Shown: positions 51,979 to 61,531, counted from the first letter of the stretch. The stretch is DNA of 64,000 nucleotides from Ruminococcus sp. (GCA_022511005.1 JAFLSJ010000002.1:6392-70391); one strand, 5' to 3'. Numbers and translations: made by a program. Notes: generated by a model from the letters alone, not told the origin.

Positions 51979-52809
51979 ATGAGCAGAACTTGGTTAATTA
52001 CAGGAGTAAGCAGCGGATTCGGAAATGAGATGACAAAGCAGCTACTCGCAAAGGGAGATACGGTTATCGGTACAGTACGCAGCACAGCAAAGGTTGAGGA
52101 ACTTATAGAAAAGTATCCCGACACATTTGATTGTCAGTTGCTCGATGTTACGGAGATGGATAAGGTACATAGCCTTGTAAAAGAAATGTTTGAAAAACAC
52201 GGCAGGATTGATGTTATTGTAAACAACGCAGGCTACGGCTTATTCGGTGCAGCAGAGGAGCTTGACGAAGAAAACATTAACAAGATTATTGCGACAAACC
52301 TCACCGCTCCGATTATGATAATTCACGACAGCTTGCTTTATCTCAGAAAGCAGGGCGGCGGCAGAATTATTCAGTTGTCAAGCTACGGCGGTCAGGTGGC
52401 GTTTGCTGCCAACTCAATGTATCACGCTACAAAGTTTGGTGTTGAGGGCTTCTGTGAATCCGTAGCACAGGAAGTTGCAAAGTATAATATCGGTATGACT
52501 ATCGTCGAGCCGGGCGGAGCAAGAACAGAGTTCCGCTATGGAAGTGCTCACGTCGCAAATCTTATGCCGGAGTATGACCACGTTCACGGATTTCTCAATA
52601 TGCTTGATCCCGCCAAGGGACTTGCACCCGGAGATCCTGCAAAAATGGCAGAGCGTATGATTGAAAGCGTTGACACAGAGCCCGCACCGCTCAGAATGGT
52701 GCTCGGCTCACAAGCATTAAAAGCAACGATTGAGCGGCTCGAAGAAAGAGTTGCGGACTACAAAACGCAGACCGAGCTTGCGGCATCAACAGATATTGTG
52801 GAGGACTAA
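51979..52809 (+). CDS. Short-chain dehydrogenase/reductase
   Basis: TGVSSGFG, NNAGYG, YHATK; start ATG 51979 after GGAGG. Confidence 0.92.
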   Translation: MSRTWLITGVSSGFGNEMTKQLLAKGDTVIGTVRSTAKVEELIEKYPDTFDCQLLDVTEMDKVHSLVKEMFEKHGRIDVIVNNAGYGLFGAAEELDEENINKIIATNLTAPIMIIHDSLLYLRKQGGGRIIQLSSYGGQVAFAANSMYHATKFGVEGFCESVAQEVAKYNIGMTIVEPGGARTEFRYGSAHVANLMPEYDHVHGFLNMLDPAKGLAPGDPAKMAERMIESVDTEPAPLRMVLGSQALKATIERLEERVADYKTQTELAASTDIVED

Positions 52810-52810
52810 T

Positions 52811-53569
52811 ATGTCTATTACGGATTTTTCAAAAGATTATCACGAGAAAATGTTTCCGGGGTATGTTTCGGATTTTCTGCGTACCGATCCCGAATTTATT
52901 GAGCGATTCGACAACTTTGCGTTTGATGAAGTTATCAATCAGGAAGGCGCACAGCTTGACGACAAGACAAGATTTCTCGCCATTCTTGCAACACTCCTCG
53001 GCTGTCAGGGGATTGACGAGTTCAAAGCTATGCTCCCTGCGGCTCTTAACTTCGGCGTAACTCCCGTTGAGGTTAAGGAAACCGTATATCAAGCGGTTGC
53101 TTATCTCGGAATCGGCAGAGTATTTCCTTTCTTAAAAGCTACTAATGAAATCTTTGAAGCAAGAGGAATAGAGCTTCCGCTCGAAGGTCAGGCGACAACT
53201 ACTATGGAAAATCGCCGAGAAGCAGGTACACAGACACAAGTCGATATTTTCGGAGAGAGTATGCGTGACTTTTGGAAGTCGGGCCCCGAAGAAAGCCGTC
53301 ACATCAACCTTTGGCTTGCTGACAACTGCTTCGGCGACTACTATACGAGAATGGGACTTGACTATAAACAACGTGAGATGATAACCTTTTGTTTCCTTTC
53401 AGCACAGGGCGGTTGTGAGCCGCAGCTCACTTCTCACGCCGCAGCTAATATGCGCATCGGCAACGATAAGCAGTTTTTAATCAGCGTGGTATCGCAGTGC
53501 TTGCCGTATATCGGTTATCCGAGAAGCCTTAACGCTCTTAGCTGTATTAACAAAGCATCATCTAAATAG
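52811..53569 (+). CDS. Carboxymuconolactone decarboxylase (CMD/AhpD-like) family protein with two domains
   Basis: Duplicated FDEV..LDDKTR / FGDYY.R.GLD..QREM, PYIGYPR; start 52811. Confidence 0.88.
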   Translation: MSITDFSKDYHEKMFPGYVSDFLRTDPEFIERFDNFAFDEVINQEGAQLDDKTRFLAILATLLGCQGIDEFKAMLPAALNFGVTPVEVKETVYQAVAYLGIGRVFPFLKATNEIFEARGIELPLEGQATTTMENRREAGTQTQVDIFGESMRDFWKSGPEESRHINLWLADNCFGDYYTRMGLDYKQREMITFCFLSAQGGCEPQLTSHAAANMRIGNDKQFLISVVSQCLPYIGYPRSLNALSCINKASSK

Positions 53570-53610
53570 TGTTCAGAATGTGTATGTAATACAATGCGAT
53601 AACAAAGGAA

Positions 53611-53651
53611 ATCTCCCCAACCAATTAAAAGGTCGGGGAGATAATTTTTTT
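53611..53651. terminator. Terminator between convergent CMD and AKR genes
   Basis: atctccccaacc/ggtcggggagat stem plus T-run. Confidence 0.7.
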
Positions 53652-53655
53652 ACAA

Positions 53656-54645
53656 CTACTTACTTGAATGTCCTCCGAAGATGAGGAAGTCCATATTATC
53701 AAGATTGTTGTCTATGAGGTTTATTTCATCCTGCGTTAAAATAACATTTTGAGCGTTGAGGTTTTCCTCTATTCTCTCACGTTTCCTACTTCCCGGAATC
53801 GGAATAATATAATCATTTTTGCATAGCATCCAAGCAAGCGAAATCTGTCCCTGAGTTGCGTTCTTTTCCTTAGCAAGATTTTCAAGGAGGGCGAGTAACT
53901 CTCTGCTTTTAGCCATACCTTCCTCTGAAAATTGCGGCATAAATCTGCGGTAGTCATCGTTATGCGTGAATTCCGATTGACTGTTGTACTTACCTGTTAA
54001 GATACCGTTTGCCATAGGCGAAAATGCTACAAGAGCGATGTCAAGCTCTTCAAGCATAGGGAACAGCTTTTCATTCCAACGTGCCATCATAGAATATCTA
54101 TTCTGAATAGCCGTAACAGGAGTAATTGCGTGAGCCTTTCTGAGATAACTTTCGTCTGTTTCCGAAATACCCCAAGAGCGGATTTTGCCCTCTTTAATGA
54201 GATCGCCCATAACGCCCGCAACTTCCTCAGCGGGAACATTCGGATCAATCCTATGTTGATAATACAAGTCTATATAATCCGTGCCGAGCCTTTTAAGGCT
54301 GCCTTCTACAGATTTTCTTATTGTTTCGGGACGGCTGTCAAGCGCAAGACTTTTGTCGGAGTTGTGATGAACACCGAATTTTGTAGCGATAATCACCTTA
54401 TCTCTGACAGACCTAAGTGCGTTTCCAACAAGCTCCTCGTTATAAGAGGTTGTTCCGTTGGTATTCTCACCTGTGTAACACTCCGCCGTGTCAAAAAAGT
54501 TATATCCCATATCATAGGCATCGAAAATTGTTTTTTCAGCTTGCCTCTTTTCGGTTGCAAAACCGTATGCGTGAGAAAATCCCATACAGCCTAAACCGAC
54601 AGAGCTGACTTCTAAATTACTGTTTCCAAGTCGTCTTGTTTTCAT
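53656..54645 (-). CDS. Aldo/keto reductase
   Basis: GLGCMG, FFDTAECY, IATKFG, DLYYQHR, PIPG. Confidence 0.93.
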   Translation of the reverse strand: MKTRRLGNSNLEVSSVGLGCMGFSHAYGFATEKRQAEKTIFDAYDMGYNFFDTAECYTGENTNGTTSYNEELVGNALRSVRDKVIIATKFGVHHNSDKSLALDSRPETIRKSVEGSLKRLGTDYIDLYYQHRIDPNVPAEEVAGVMGDLIKEGKIRSWGISETDESYLRKAHAITPVTAIQNRYSMMARWNEKLFPMLEELDIALVAFSPMANGILTGKYNSQSEFTHNDDYRRFMPQFSEEGMAKSRELLALLENLAKEKNATQGQISLAWMLCKNDYIIPIPGSRKRERIEENLNAQNVILTQDEINLIDNNLDNMDFLIFGGHSSK

Positions 54646-54684
54646 ATTATGTTCCTCTCCTTACGCATAGTAACTTTCAATATT

Positions 54685-54749
54685 ATTATATAATCTGATA
54701 ACAACAATAGCAATTTGATTTGCTTGTAAGTTTAATAAGTTGTACTTAT
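54685..54749 (-). promoter_or_regulatory. LysR box plus promoter P2 (AKR), divergent from lysR1
   Basis: Minus strand ATAAGtacaaCTTAT, 21 nt, TTGCTA, 17 nt, TATAAT. Confidence 0.8.
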
Positions 54750-54820
54750 ATTGTCCTTTACATTTTTTGTGTTTTCCAATATACTATAATTATAAAAAAT
54801 AACTGAAAGGAGCGGTCAAA

Positions 54821-55708
54821 GTGCTTCTCAGGCAGATAAAATATTTTCAGGCTGTGGTGGAAAAGGGCAGCTTCACCGAGGCGGCGGAGGCTTGCTATAT
54901 ATCTCAATCCGCTATTTCACAGCAGATTCAGGCTTTGGAAAAGGAAATCGGCGTACAGCTTTTCGTTCGCAAAAGTCGCAAGTTTACGCTCACTCCTGCG
55001 GGTGAGCATTTCTATAATAAGACGATTATGCTTTCATCCGAGCTTGAACGTATTTGCAGAGAAACCGTCCGTATCGCCCATAAGGACGATGCGCAGCTTA
55101 ATATCGGTTACTTAAAATGCTATGGCGGTGATGAATTTCATTCTGCGCTCGCTGACTTTACCGCAAAATATCCCGATGTCAATGTAAACGTTATTGAGGG
55201 CAATCACGAGGAGCTTTACGATGAACTCAGATTTGGTAAGGTGGATTTGGTGCTCAATGACCAACGGCGAGCATTCTCGGATGAATATGTAAACTTCGAG
55301 CTTGTGAGAAGCAACTGCTACATAGAACTATCGACAAATAATCCTATGTCAAAGTTAAGTCAGCTTGATATTTCTGATTTGAAGAACACGCCCTGCATAC
55401 TTGTTGCTTCAAAAGGTCAGGAGGAAGTGGAGCAGACCTATTACCGTGATATTGTCGGATTCAGCGGAGATTTTCTTTTTGCTGATAATCTGCAAAAGGC
55501 ACGGATGATGGTAGTTTCTAACCGAGGTGTTATGCCGATTGAGGGTGTCGGAGATTCCGACTACTTCGGTTCGGGTATTCACCGCATACCGCTGTACAGA
55601 AACGGCAAACCTCTCACCCGAAATTACTGTGCCTTTTGGAAAGAGGACAATTCAGGCTATTATGTCGAAGAATTTGCAAATATGCTGAAAAACCGTTTTC
55701 TTTCATAA
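54821..55708 (+). CDS. LysR-family regulator (LysR1)
   Basis: GSFTEAA..ISQSAISQQIQALEKEIG..LF.R..LTPAG. Confidence 0.93.
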   Translation: MLLRQIKYFQAVVEKGSFTEAAEACYISQSAISQQIQALEKEIGVQLFVRKSRKFTLTPAGEHFYNKTIMLSSELERICRETVRIAHKDDAQLNIGYLKCYGGDEFHSALADFTAKYPDVNVNVIEGNHEELYDELRFGKVDLVLNDQRRAFSDEYVNFELVRSNCYIELSTNNPMSKLSQLDISDLKNTPCILVASKGQEEVEQTYYRDIVGFSGDFLFADNLQKARMMVVSNRGVMPIEGVGDSDYFGSGIHRIPLYRNGKPLTRNYCAFWKEDNSGYYVEEFANMLKNRFLS

Positions 55709-55710
55709 GT

Positions 55711-55748
55711 AAACCCTTGCAACCAATCAATATCGGTTGCAAGGGTTT
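55711..55748. terminator. Third copy of the 36-bp palindrome; probable bidirectional terminator
   Basis: aaacccttgcaacc/ggttgcaagggttt between convergent lysR genes. Confidence 0.7.
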
Positions 55749-55750
55749 TG

Positions 55751-56617
55751 TTATCTTAGATGAAGATAATCTATAAAACGCCTGACAGCAATTGAAGCGG
55801 TTTTTCTGTTTCTCATAGTAAAGCCGATTTCTCGGAAGGCAGGAACGTCAAGTTCTTTGGCGACTATGTTGTATGGAACTTTTTTCAATATGAGTTGAGG
55901 AAGTATACTTACGCCAAGTCCGCTTTCAACCATAGACATTACGGCATAATCGTCCCAAGTTGTAAATTTTACATTTGGCTTTAGATTGTTTCGCTCAAAT
56001 ATAGCGGAGATTTCCGCTTTTGCTCCCTTTTCAAGAAGCATAAAAGGCTCATTGCAAAGCTCCTCTATAGGGACTTTATCTAATTTTGCTAATGGGTGGT
56101 CTGTCGGAAGAATTGCAAGCAGCTTATCTTGTTCAAGCATTATGCTGTCAAACTCGCTGTTAGTCGGTAGCCTGTTAAAACCACAGTCAACTCTTCCTTC
56201 TTCAATCCACTTATCAATTTCCGTATAGTCACCGAGAAGCAGCTCGTAGTCTATGTTCGGATAATCCTTTTGAAAAGCCTTGATGATGTTGGGTAACCAA
56301 TGCGTGGCTACACTTGAAAATGTACCTATTCTTATCAATCCCGATTGCAAACCGTTTAACTCATCAATTTCCATTTGGAGCTTTTCGTATTCGGTTATGA
56401 CACTTTTTGCGTAAGGCAACAGCTTTGTTCCGTCAGAAGTTAGTTTAACACCGCCGACACCTCTTTCGAGCAAAGTGATGTTCCATTCTTTTTCCAAATC
56501 GGCTATCATTCTGCTTATGCTTGATTGAGAGTAAGAGAGCATTTCAGCCGCCTTTGTAAAACTGCCGCATTCAACTGTCTTTACGAAGGAAAGGCATTTT
56601 TGTAAATTCATATCCAT
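55751..56617 (-). CDS. LysR-family regulator (LysR2)
   Basis: GSFTKAAE.LSYSQSSISR, LTSDG, MVESGLGVSILP. Confidence 0.93.
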   Translation of the reverse strand: MDMNLQKCLSFVKTVECGSFTKAAEMLSYSQSSISRMIADLEKEWNITLLERGVGGVKLTSDGTKLLPYAKSVITEYEKLQMEIDELNGLQSGLIRIGTFSSVATHWLPNIIKAFQKDYPNIDYELLLGDYTEIDKWIEEGRVDCGFNRLPTNSEFDSIMLEQDKLLAILPTDHPLAKLDKVPIEELCNEPFMLLEKGAKAEISAIFERNNLKPNVKFTTWDDYAVMSMVESGLGVSILPQLILKKVPYNIVAKELDVPAFREIGFTMRNRKTASIAVRRFIDYLHLR

Positions 56618-56717
56618 AATATCACCTATTTGGTTTTTGCATAATAACTATTTGAAATATTCGCTTTTGCCATATATGGTTTTATGATACACTTCTATCA
56701 GAGATTTTGCAAGGGGT

Positions 56718-57587
56718 ATGGATATGAAAAAAGCGTATATAAAATATTTTGCTGCACTGCTGTTATTTGGCTCTAACGGAATTGTGGCAAGTTTTATAAA
56801 TATGAGTAGCTATGAAATTGTGCTACTGCGTACATTGATTGGCAGTTTACTATTGATAGCGATTTTCTTTATTTCAAAAGGAAAGCTCACGTTTTATAAA
56901 CATAAAAAGCAAAGTCTGTTTCTATGTGCTTCGGGAATAGCTATGGGAACAAGTTGGATGTTTTTATATGAAGCGTATACACAAATCGGTGTGAGCGTAG
57001 CTTCGCTTTGCTATTATTGCGGCCCCGTTATAGTAATGGTGCTGTCTCCGCTGATATTTAGAGAAAAACTAACTGCTGTAAAAATCATTAGTTTTGTGGT
57101 TGTACTTATCGGAATTTTCCTCGTAAACGGTAACGTCTTAAATGAGGGTGCAAACGCTTGGGGTGTGTTCTGCGGATTAATGTCGGCGGTGATGTACTCA
57201 GCAATGGTTATTTGCAACAAAAAAGCAAAAGAAATAACGGGACTTGAAAACTCTATGCTTCAGCTATTCATTAGCTTTTTAACGGTTGCAGTTTTTGTGA
57301 TTATTAAGCAGGGATTCACAATTCAAATTTCGCAAGCTGACATTATTCCTATACTGATACTCGGTCTTGTCAACACAGGAATCGGATGTTATTTTTACTT
57401 TTCGTCTATTGGTAATCTCTCTGTTCAGACGGTTGCAATCTGCGGATATATTGAGCCGCTGTCAGCAGTAGTTTTTTCTGTAGCTTTTTTAGGCGAAAAG
57501 CTGTTGTTTGTGCAGATAATCGGAGCGGTGCTTATCATAGGCGGAGCTATAACAGGAGAATGTTTAACAAAGAGCTTTCATAAGTAA
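56718..57587 (+). CDS. DMT/EamA-family exporter
   Basis: 10 TMs, two EamA halves, YIEPL..V..LGE..Q.IG. Confidence 0.9.
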   Translation: MDMKKAYIKYFAALLLFGSNGIVASFINMSSYEIVLLRTLIGSLLLIAIFFISKGKLTFYKHKKQSLFLCASGIAMGTSWMFLYEAYTQIGVSVASLCYYCGPVIVMVLSPLIFREKLTAVKIISFVVVLIGIFLVNGNVLNEGANAWGVFCGLMSAVMYSAMVICNKKAKEITGLENSMLQLFISFLTVAVFVIIKQGFTIQISQADIIPILILGLVNTGIGCYFYFSSIGNLSVQTVAICGYIEPLSAVVFSVAFLGEKLLFVQIIGAVLIIGGAITGECLTKSFHK

Positions 57588-57644
57588 AACTTATTATTAA
57601 CCCTTGCAACTGAGATTGATACGTTGCAAGGGTTTTGTTATACT
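57580..57644 (+). promoter_or_regulatory. LysR box plus promoter P3 (flavodoxin operon), embedded in a 36-bp palindrome
   Basis: ATAAGtaaaaCTTAT, 21 nt, TTGATA, 17 nt, TATACT. Confidence 0.8.
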
Positions 57645-57674
57645 ATTATTATAAAATGAAAGCGAGGTATCTTT

Positions 57675-58367
57675 ATGAAAAAAGTCATATCTTTAATAAT
57701 GGTATTTGCTTTAGTGTTTGCGTTTGCGGGCTGTGGTGCAAGTGTTGATGATAATACGGACAGCACGACAAGCGTTACGGAAGCAAAAGCTGATACCGAA
57801 GAAACCAAAATCGAGCAAGAGAGCGAAACAATCTCCGATAATAAAACTCTCGTTGTTTACTTTTCAAGAACGGGCGAGCAGTACGGCGTTGGTGTAATTG
57901 AAAAGGGTAATACCGCTATTGTTGCCGATATGATTGTTGAGCAGACAGGAGCGGACAGCTTTGAAATTTTGCCGAAAGAGGATAACTATCCTATGACCTA
58001 TGATGCTCTGACCGATTATGCAAAGGAAGAGCAAAATAATAACGCCCGCCCTGCTATCAAGGATGAGGTAGAAAACTTCGACAGCTACGATACCGTTTTT
58101 ATCGGCTATCCGATTTGGTGGGGAGATATGCCGATGATATGCTATACTTTCCTTGAAAGCTATGACTTCTCCGGTAAGACGGTTATTCCGTTCTGCACTC
58201 ACGCAGGCTCAGGCAACGCAGGCACACAAAGCAAGATTCAGTCTGTAATACCCGATGCCGAGGTGAAAGAAGTTCTTGCAATCACAGGCACAGCTACACA
58301 GAACAATCAGGACAGCGTAAGGGGCGAGGTTACCGAGTGGCTTAATAACTTAGGCTTTAACGAGTGA
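57675..58367 (+). CDS. Lipoprotein flavodoxin (Flavodoxin_4-like)
   Basis: MKK + hydrophobic stretch + FAGC lipobox, acidic T/E linker, YFSRTG..GNT, GYPIWWG, FCTHAGSG. Confidence 0.85.
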   Translation: MKKVISLIMVFALVFAFAGCGASVDDNTDSTTSVTEAKADTEETKIEQESETISDNKTLVVYFSRTGEQYGVGVIEKGNTAIVADMIVEQTGADSFEILPKEDNYPMTYDALTDYAKEEQNNNARPAIKDEVENFDSYDTVFIGYPIWWGDMPMICYTFLESYDFSGKTVIPFCTHAGSGNAGTQSKIQSVIPDAEVKEVLAITGTATQNNQDSVRGEVTEWLNNLGFNE

Positions 58368-58373
58368 AACGAA

Positions 58374-58742
58374 ATGAATGACGAGTTATTGATACAAAAC
58401 TGCTACAAAGAAATGTATTCCGCAATGATTGCCAAAGACAGGTATGCACTTGAAGAAGTGCTCGATGACAGCTTTGTGCTTGTTCATATGACAGGAATGA
58501 GGCAATCAAAAGACGAGTTTATCAATGCCGTTCTTGACGGAACGCTGAATTATTACTCCGCTGTTCACGAGAATATGCCCGTTGAAATCAAGGACGATAC
58601 AGCCGTAATCATAGGTCAGTCCTATGTTCAGGCGGCTGTGTTCGGCGGCGGAAAAAGATATTGGCATTTACAGCAGAAATGCAGTCTCAAAAAGGCTGAT
58701 AATAAATGGAAAATCACAAGAAGCATTGCTTCAACATATTAA
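58374..58742 (+). CDS. NTF2-like (DUF4440/SnoaL) protein
   Basis: LDDSF.LVH.TG..QSK.EF, C-terminal WKI. Confidence 0.78.
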   Translation: MNDELLIQNCYKEMYSAMIAKDRYALEEVLDDSFVLVHMTGMRQSKDEFINAVLDGTLNYYSAVHENMPVEIKDDTAVIIGQSYVQAAVFGGGKRYWHLQQKCSLKKADNKWKITRSIASTY

Positions 58743-58757
58743 GAAAGGTTTATTATA

Positions 58758-59273
58758 ATGAAAAACTTAATCATTTACTATTCAAGACGTGGACAGAACT
58801 ATGTAAACGGCAGTATAAAAAACCTTGAACGAGGTAATGCCGAGCTGATTACAGAGTTTATTAAGGGCGCTGTCGGTGCGGATGTTTTTGAGGTCGATAC
58901 CGTAAAGCCCTATGATAAGGACTATTATGTTTGTATTGAAGAAGCAAAGGAAGAACTCAGAGCAAACGCACGTCCCGATTTAAAAGATTATCTCGACAGC
59001 GTAGACGGCTACGACAATATTTTCGTAGTAGGTCCGAATTGGTGGGGGATTTATCCTATGGCTCTCTATACTCAGCTTGAGCGCCTTGACTTTGCGGGCA
59101 AGACCATTCACTATGTCGTAACTCACGAAGGATCAGGCTTAGGCGGTGTGCCAAAGACAATGAAATCCTCTTGCAAAGGTGCTAAATTCGGCGATACTCT
59201 TGCCGTTCACGGAGGCAGCACTCCCGGCTCAAGAGCGCAGGTTGAAAATTGGGCAAAGAAAGCGGTTAAATGA
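58758..59273 (+). CDS. Cytoplasmic flavodoxin (Flavodoxin_4-like)
   Basis: YYSRRG..Y..G..GN, GPNWWG, THEGSG; no signal peptide. Confidence 0.85.
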   Translation: MKNLIIYYSRRGQNYVNGSIKNLERGNAELITEFIKGAVGADVFEVDTVKPYDKDYYVCIEEAKEELRANARPDLKDYLDSVDGYDNIFVVGPNWWGIYPMALYTQLERLDFAGKTIHYVVTHEGSGLGGVPKTMKSSCKGAKFGDTLAVHGGSTPGSRAQVENWAKKAVK

Positions 59274-59977
59274 AAATGATGAACAGACCATATATTATAC
59301 TTCATATGACAACAACCGTTGACGGAAAAATCACAGGCGATTTTCTTAGTTCACAAAAAGGTGAAACTCTTTGTGAGGAATACTACCGTATTCACTGAGA
59401 GTATTGTGCGGACGCTTATCTATGCGGAAGAATTACCTTTGAGGGCAGCTTTACCTTCGGAAAGAAACCTGACACAGACCGCTTTAAGAATCAGAAAGTC
59501 GAAAGCGGCGATTATGTTTTCGGAAAGTTTGATAAGTACGCTGTAGTAATCGACACTCACGGCAGGCTTGGTTGGAATGATAATTTTATCCATGATGATG
59601 ATTCGGGTTATGATAACGCCCATATCATTGAGGTACTGACGAAGCAAACGCCGAAGGAATATCTTGCGTATCTCAGAAGTCTCAACATTTCATACATTAT
59701 TTGCGGACAAAAAGAGGTTGACGTAAGCCTACTTTGCGAAAAACTATATCACCTTTTCGGGATAAAAAAGCTCTTGCTTGAGGGCGGCGGTATAACAGAC
59801 AGCCTGTTTCTAAAAGACGGTCTGATTGATGAAATGAGTATTGTTGTTACTCCCATCATCGACGGCGGTGACGGAATCAATCTGTTTGAGGAAAAGCACG
59901 GCGGTAAACTTGAATTTAACACCGTTATTTCAAAAACCTTGCTGCAAGGCGGACTATGGCTTAATTATAAAAATTAA
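59270..59977 (+). pseudogene. RibD C-terminal/DHFR-like reductase interrupted by one in-frame TGA
   Basis: RPYIILHMTTTVDGKITG...YYRIH*EYCADAYLCGR...LLLEGGG..LIDE; TGA at 59396-59398; frame otherwise open. Confidence 0.85.
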
Positions 59978-59980
59978 AAT

Positions 59981-60646
59981 ATGAAAAGAATAAGAATGAC
60001 AATCGACCTTATAATGGTGATCCTGCTCCCGATGCTTATGGGTTACTCACTTGTGGGCGAGTTATGCCACGAGGTTATCGGAGTAGTAATGGTAGCTTCA
60101 TTTGCGATACACATTTTCCTGAACAGAAAATGGTTCACGTCACTATTCAAGGGCAAATACAACGCTAAACGCATACTTACAATATCACTAAATCTCCTGC
60201 TCGCTCTTTGTTTGCTTACTTCTATCGTGAGTGCGGTGTTTATTTCCAAACATATTTTCAGCTTTTTAGGTATCAATATTTTGAGTTCAGTTATGAGAAG
60301 CCTGCACTTGCTTGTAGCTTATTGGGGCTTTGTGCTGATGAGCCTTCACGCAGGCACCCACGGCGGCGCAATGCTGTCAAAGCTACGGAAAAAGAATTCT
60401 GCCGCAAAAAATATGGTTTCGGTAATAGCAATAATTATTGCACTTTACGGAGTATATGCATTTATAAAGCGTGGATTTGCAGGCTATCTATTTATGCAGA
60501 CAGCGTTTGTATTTTTCGATTATTCCGAGCCATTCATCTTTTTCTATCTCGACTACCTTGCGGTTATGATACTGTTTATGACGGTTGGCTTTTTAACAAA
60601 CAAATTATTTAATTCAGGAGGCAAAAATGGAATTTATAACACTTAA
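59981..60646 (+). CDS. DUF4405-like membrane protein, putative di-heme cytochrome b
   Basis: About 6 TMs; His pairs H30/H44 and H109/H123, each 14 residues apart. Confidence 0.75.
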   Translation: MKRIRMTIDLIMVILLPMLMGYSLVGELCHEVIGVVMVASFAIHIFLNRKWFTSLFKGKYNAKRILTISLNLLLALCLLTSIVSAVFISKHIFSFLGINILSSVMRSLHLLVAYWGFVLMSLHAGTHGGAMLSKLRKKNSAAKNMVSVIAIIIALYGVYAFIKRGFAGYLFMQTAFVFFDYSEPFIFFYLDYLAVMILFMTVGFLTNKLFNSGGKNGIYNT

Positions 60647-61478
60647 CGACGGTAATAAAATCCCCACTATCGGCTTTGGTGTATTTATGATACCCGCTGA
60701 CGGCAGCACCTATAAGGCTGTCAGAGAAGCTCTCGACGCAGGCTACCGTCATATTGATACCGCAACGGCTTATTTCAACGAGGAAGAAGTCGGCAGAGCT
60801 GTACGTGACAGCGGAATACCCCGAGAGGAGATATTCGTAACTTCAAAGCTGTGGCTGTCCCACTACGGTTACGAAAGAGCGAAAATCGGAATTGAGCGTT
60901 CGCTTAATAAGCTTGGTCTTGATTATATTGACCTCTATCTCATTCATCAGCCATACGGTGATGTTGTAGGTGCGTGGAAAGCGATGGAGGAAGCTAAACT
61001 TGCCGGCAAGCTGCGTTCAATCGGCGTGAGCAATATGACACCGAAAATTTGGAATGAATTTGTACCACAGTTTTCAACTTTGCCGTCCGTTAATCAGGTG
61101 GAGTGCAATCCCTTTGCTCAGCAAAGAGAACTCAGGGAGATTATGGACAGGGATAATGTAAAGCTCGAATGTTGGTATCCACTCGGTCACGGCAACGCTT
61201 CACTTCTAAATCACCCGACAATCACCACACTTGCCGAGAAATACAACAAAGACGCAGGGCAGATTATTCTCCGCTTTGAAGTTCAAGAAGGCTTTATCAC
61301 TCTTCCGAAATCATCAAACCCTGATATGATAAAATCAAATATTGATATTTTTGATTTCTCGTTAACCGAGGACGAAATGAACGCTATCCGCAAAATGGAT
61401 ACAGGCAAAACCTCACACAACCCCGATGCCGACGGCGTAGGCGAACATCTCCTCAATGCATTTGTTGTCGAGGATTAA
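60627..61478 (+). CDS. Aldo/keto reductase (2,5-diketo-gluconate reductase-like)
   Basis: GYRHIDTA, TSKLW, DLYLIHQP, IGVSN, LPKS. Confidence 0.93.
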   Translation: MEFITLNDGNKIPTIGFGVFMIPADGSTYKAVREALDAGYRHIDTATAYFNEEEVGRAVRDSGIPREEIFVTSKLWLSHYGYERAKIGIERSLNKLGLDYIDLYLIHQPYGDVVGAWKAMEEAKLAGKLRSIGVSNMTPKIWNEFVPQFSTLPSVNQVECNPFAQQRELREIMDRDNVKLECWYPLGHGNASLLNHPTITTLAEKYNKDAGQIILRFEVQEGFITLPKSSNPDMIKSNIDIFDFSLTEDEMNAIRKMDTGKTSHNPDADGVGEHLLNAFVVED

Positions 61479-61531
61479 AAGAAAACTCACATACTGATTT
61501 TAGAGTTCTAAAAATTCAATAAACTGTTATT

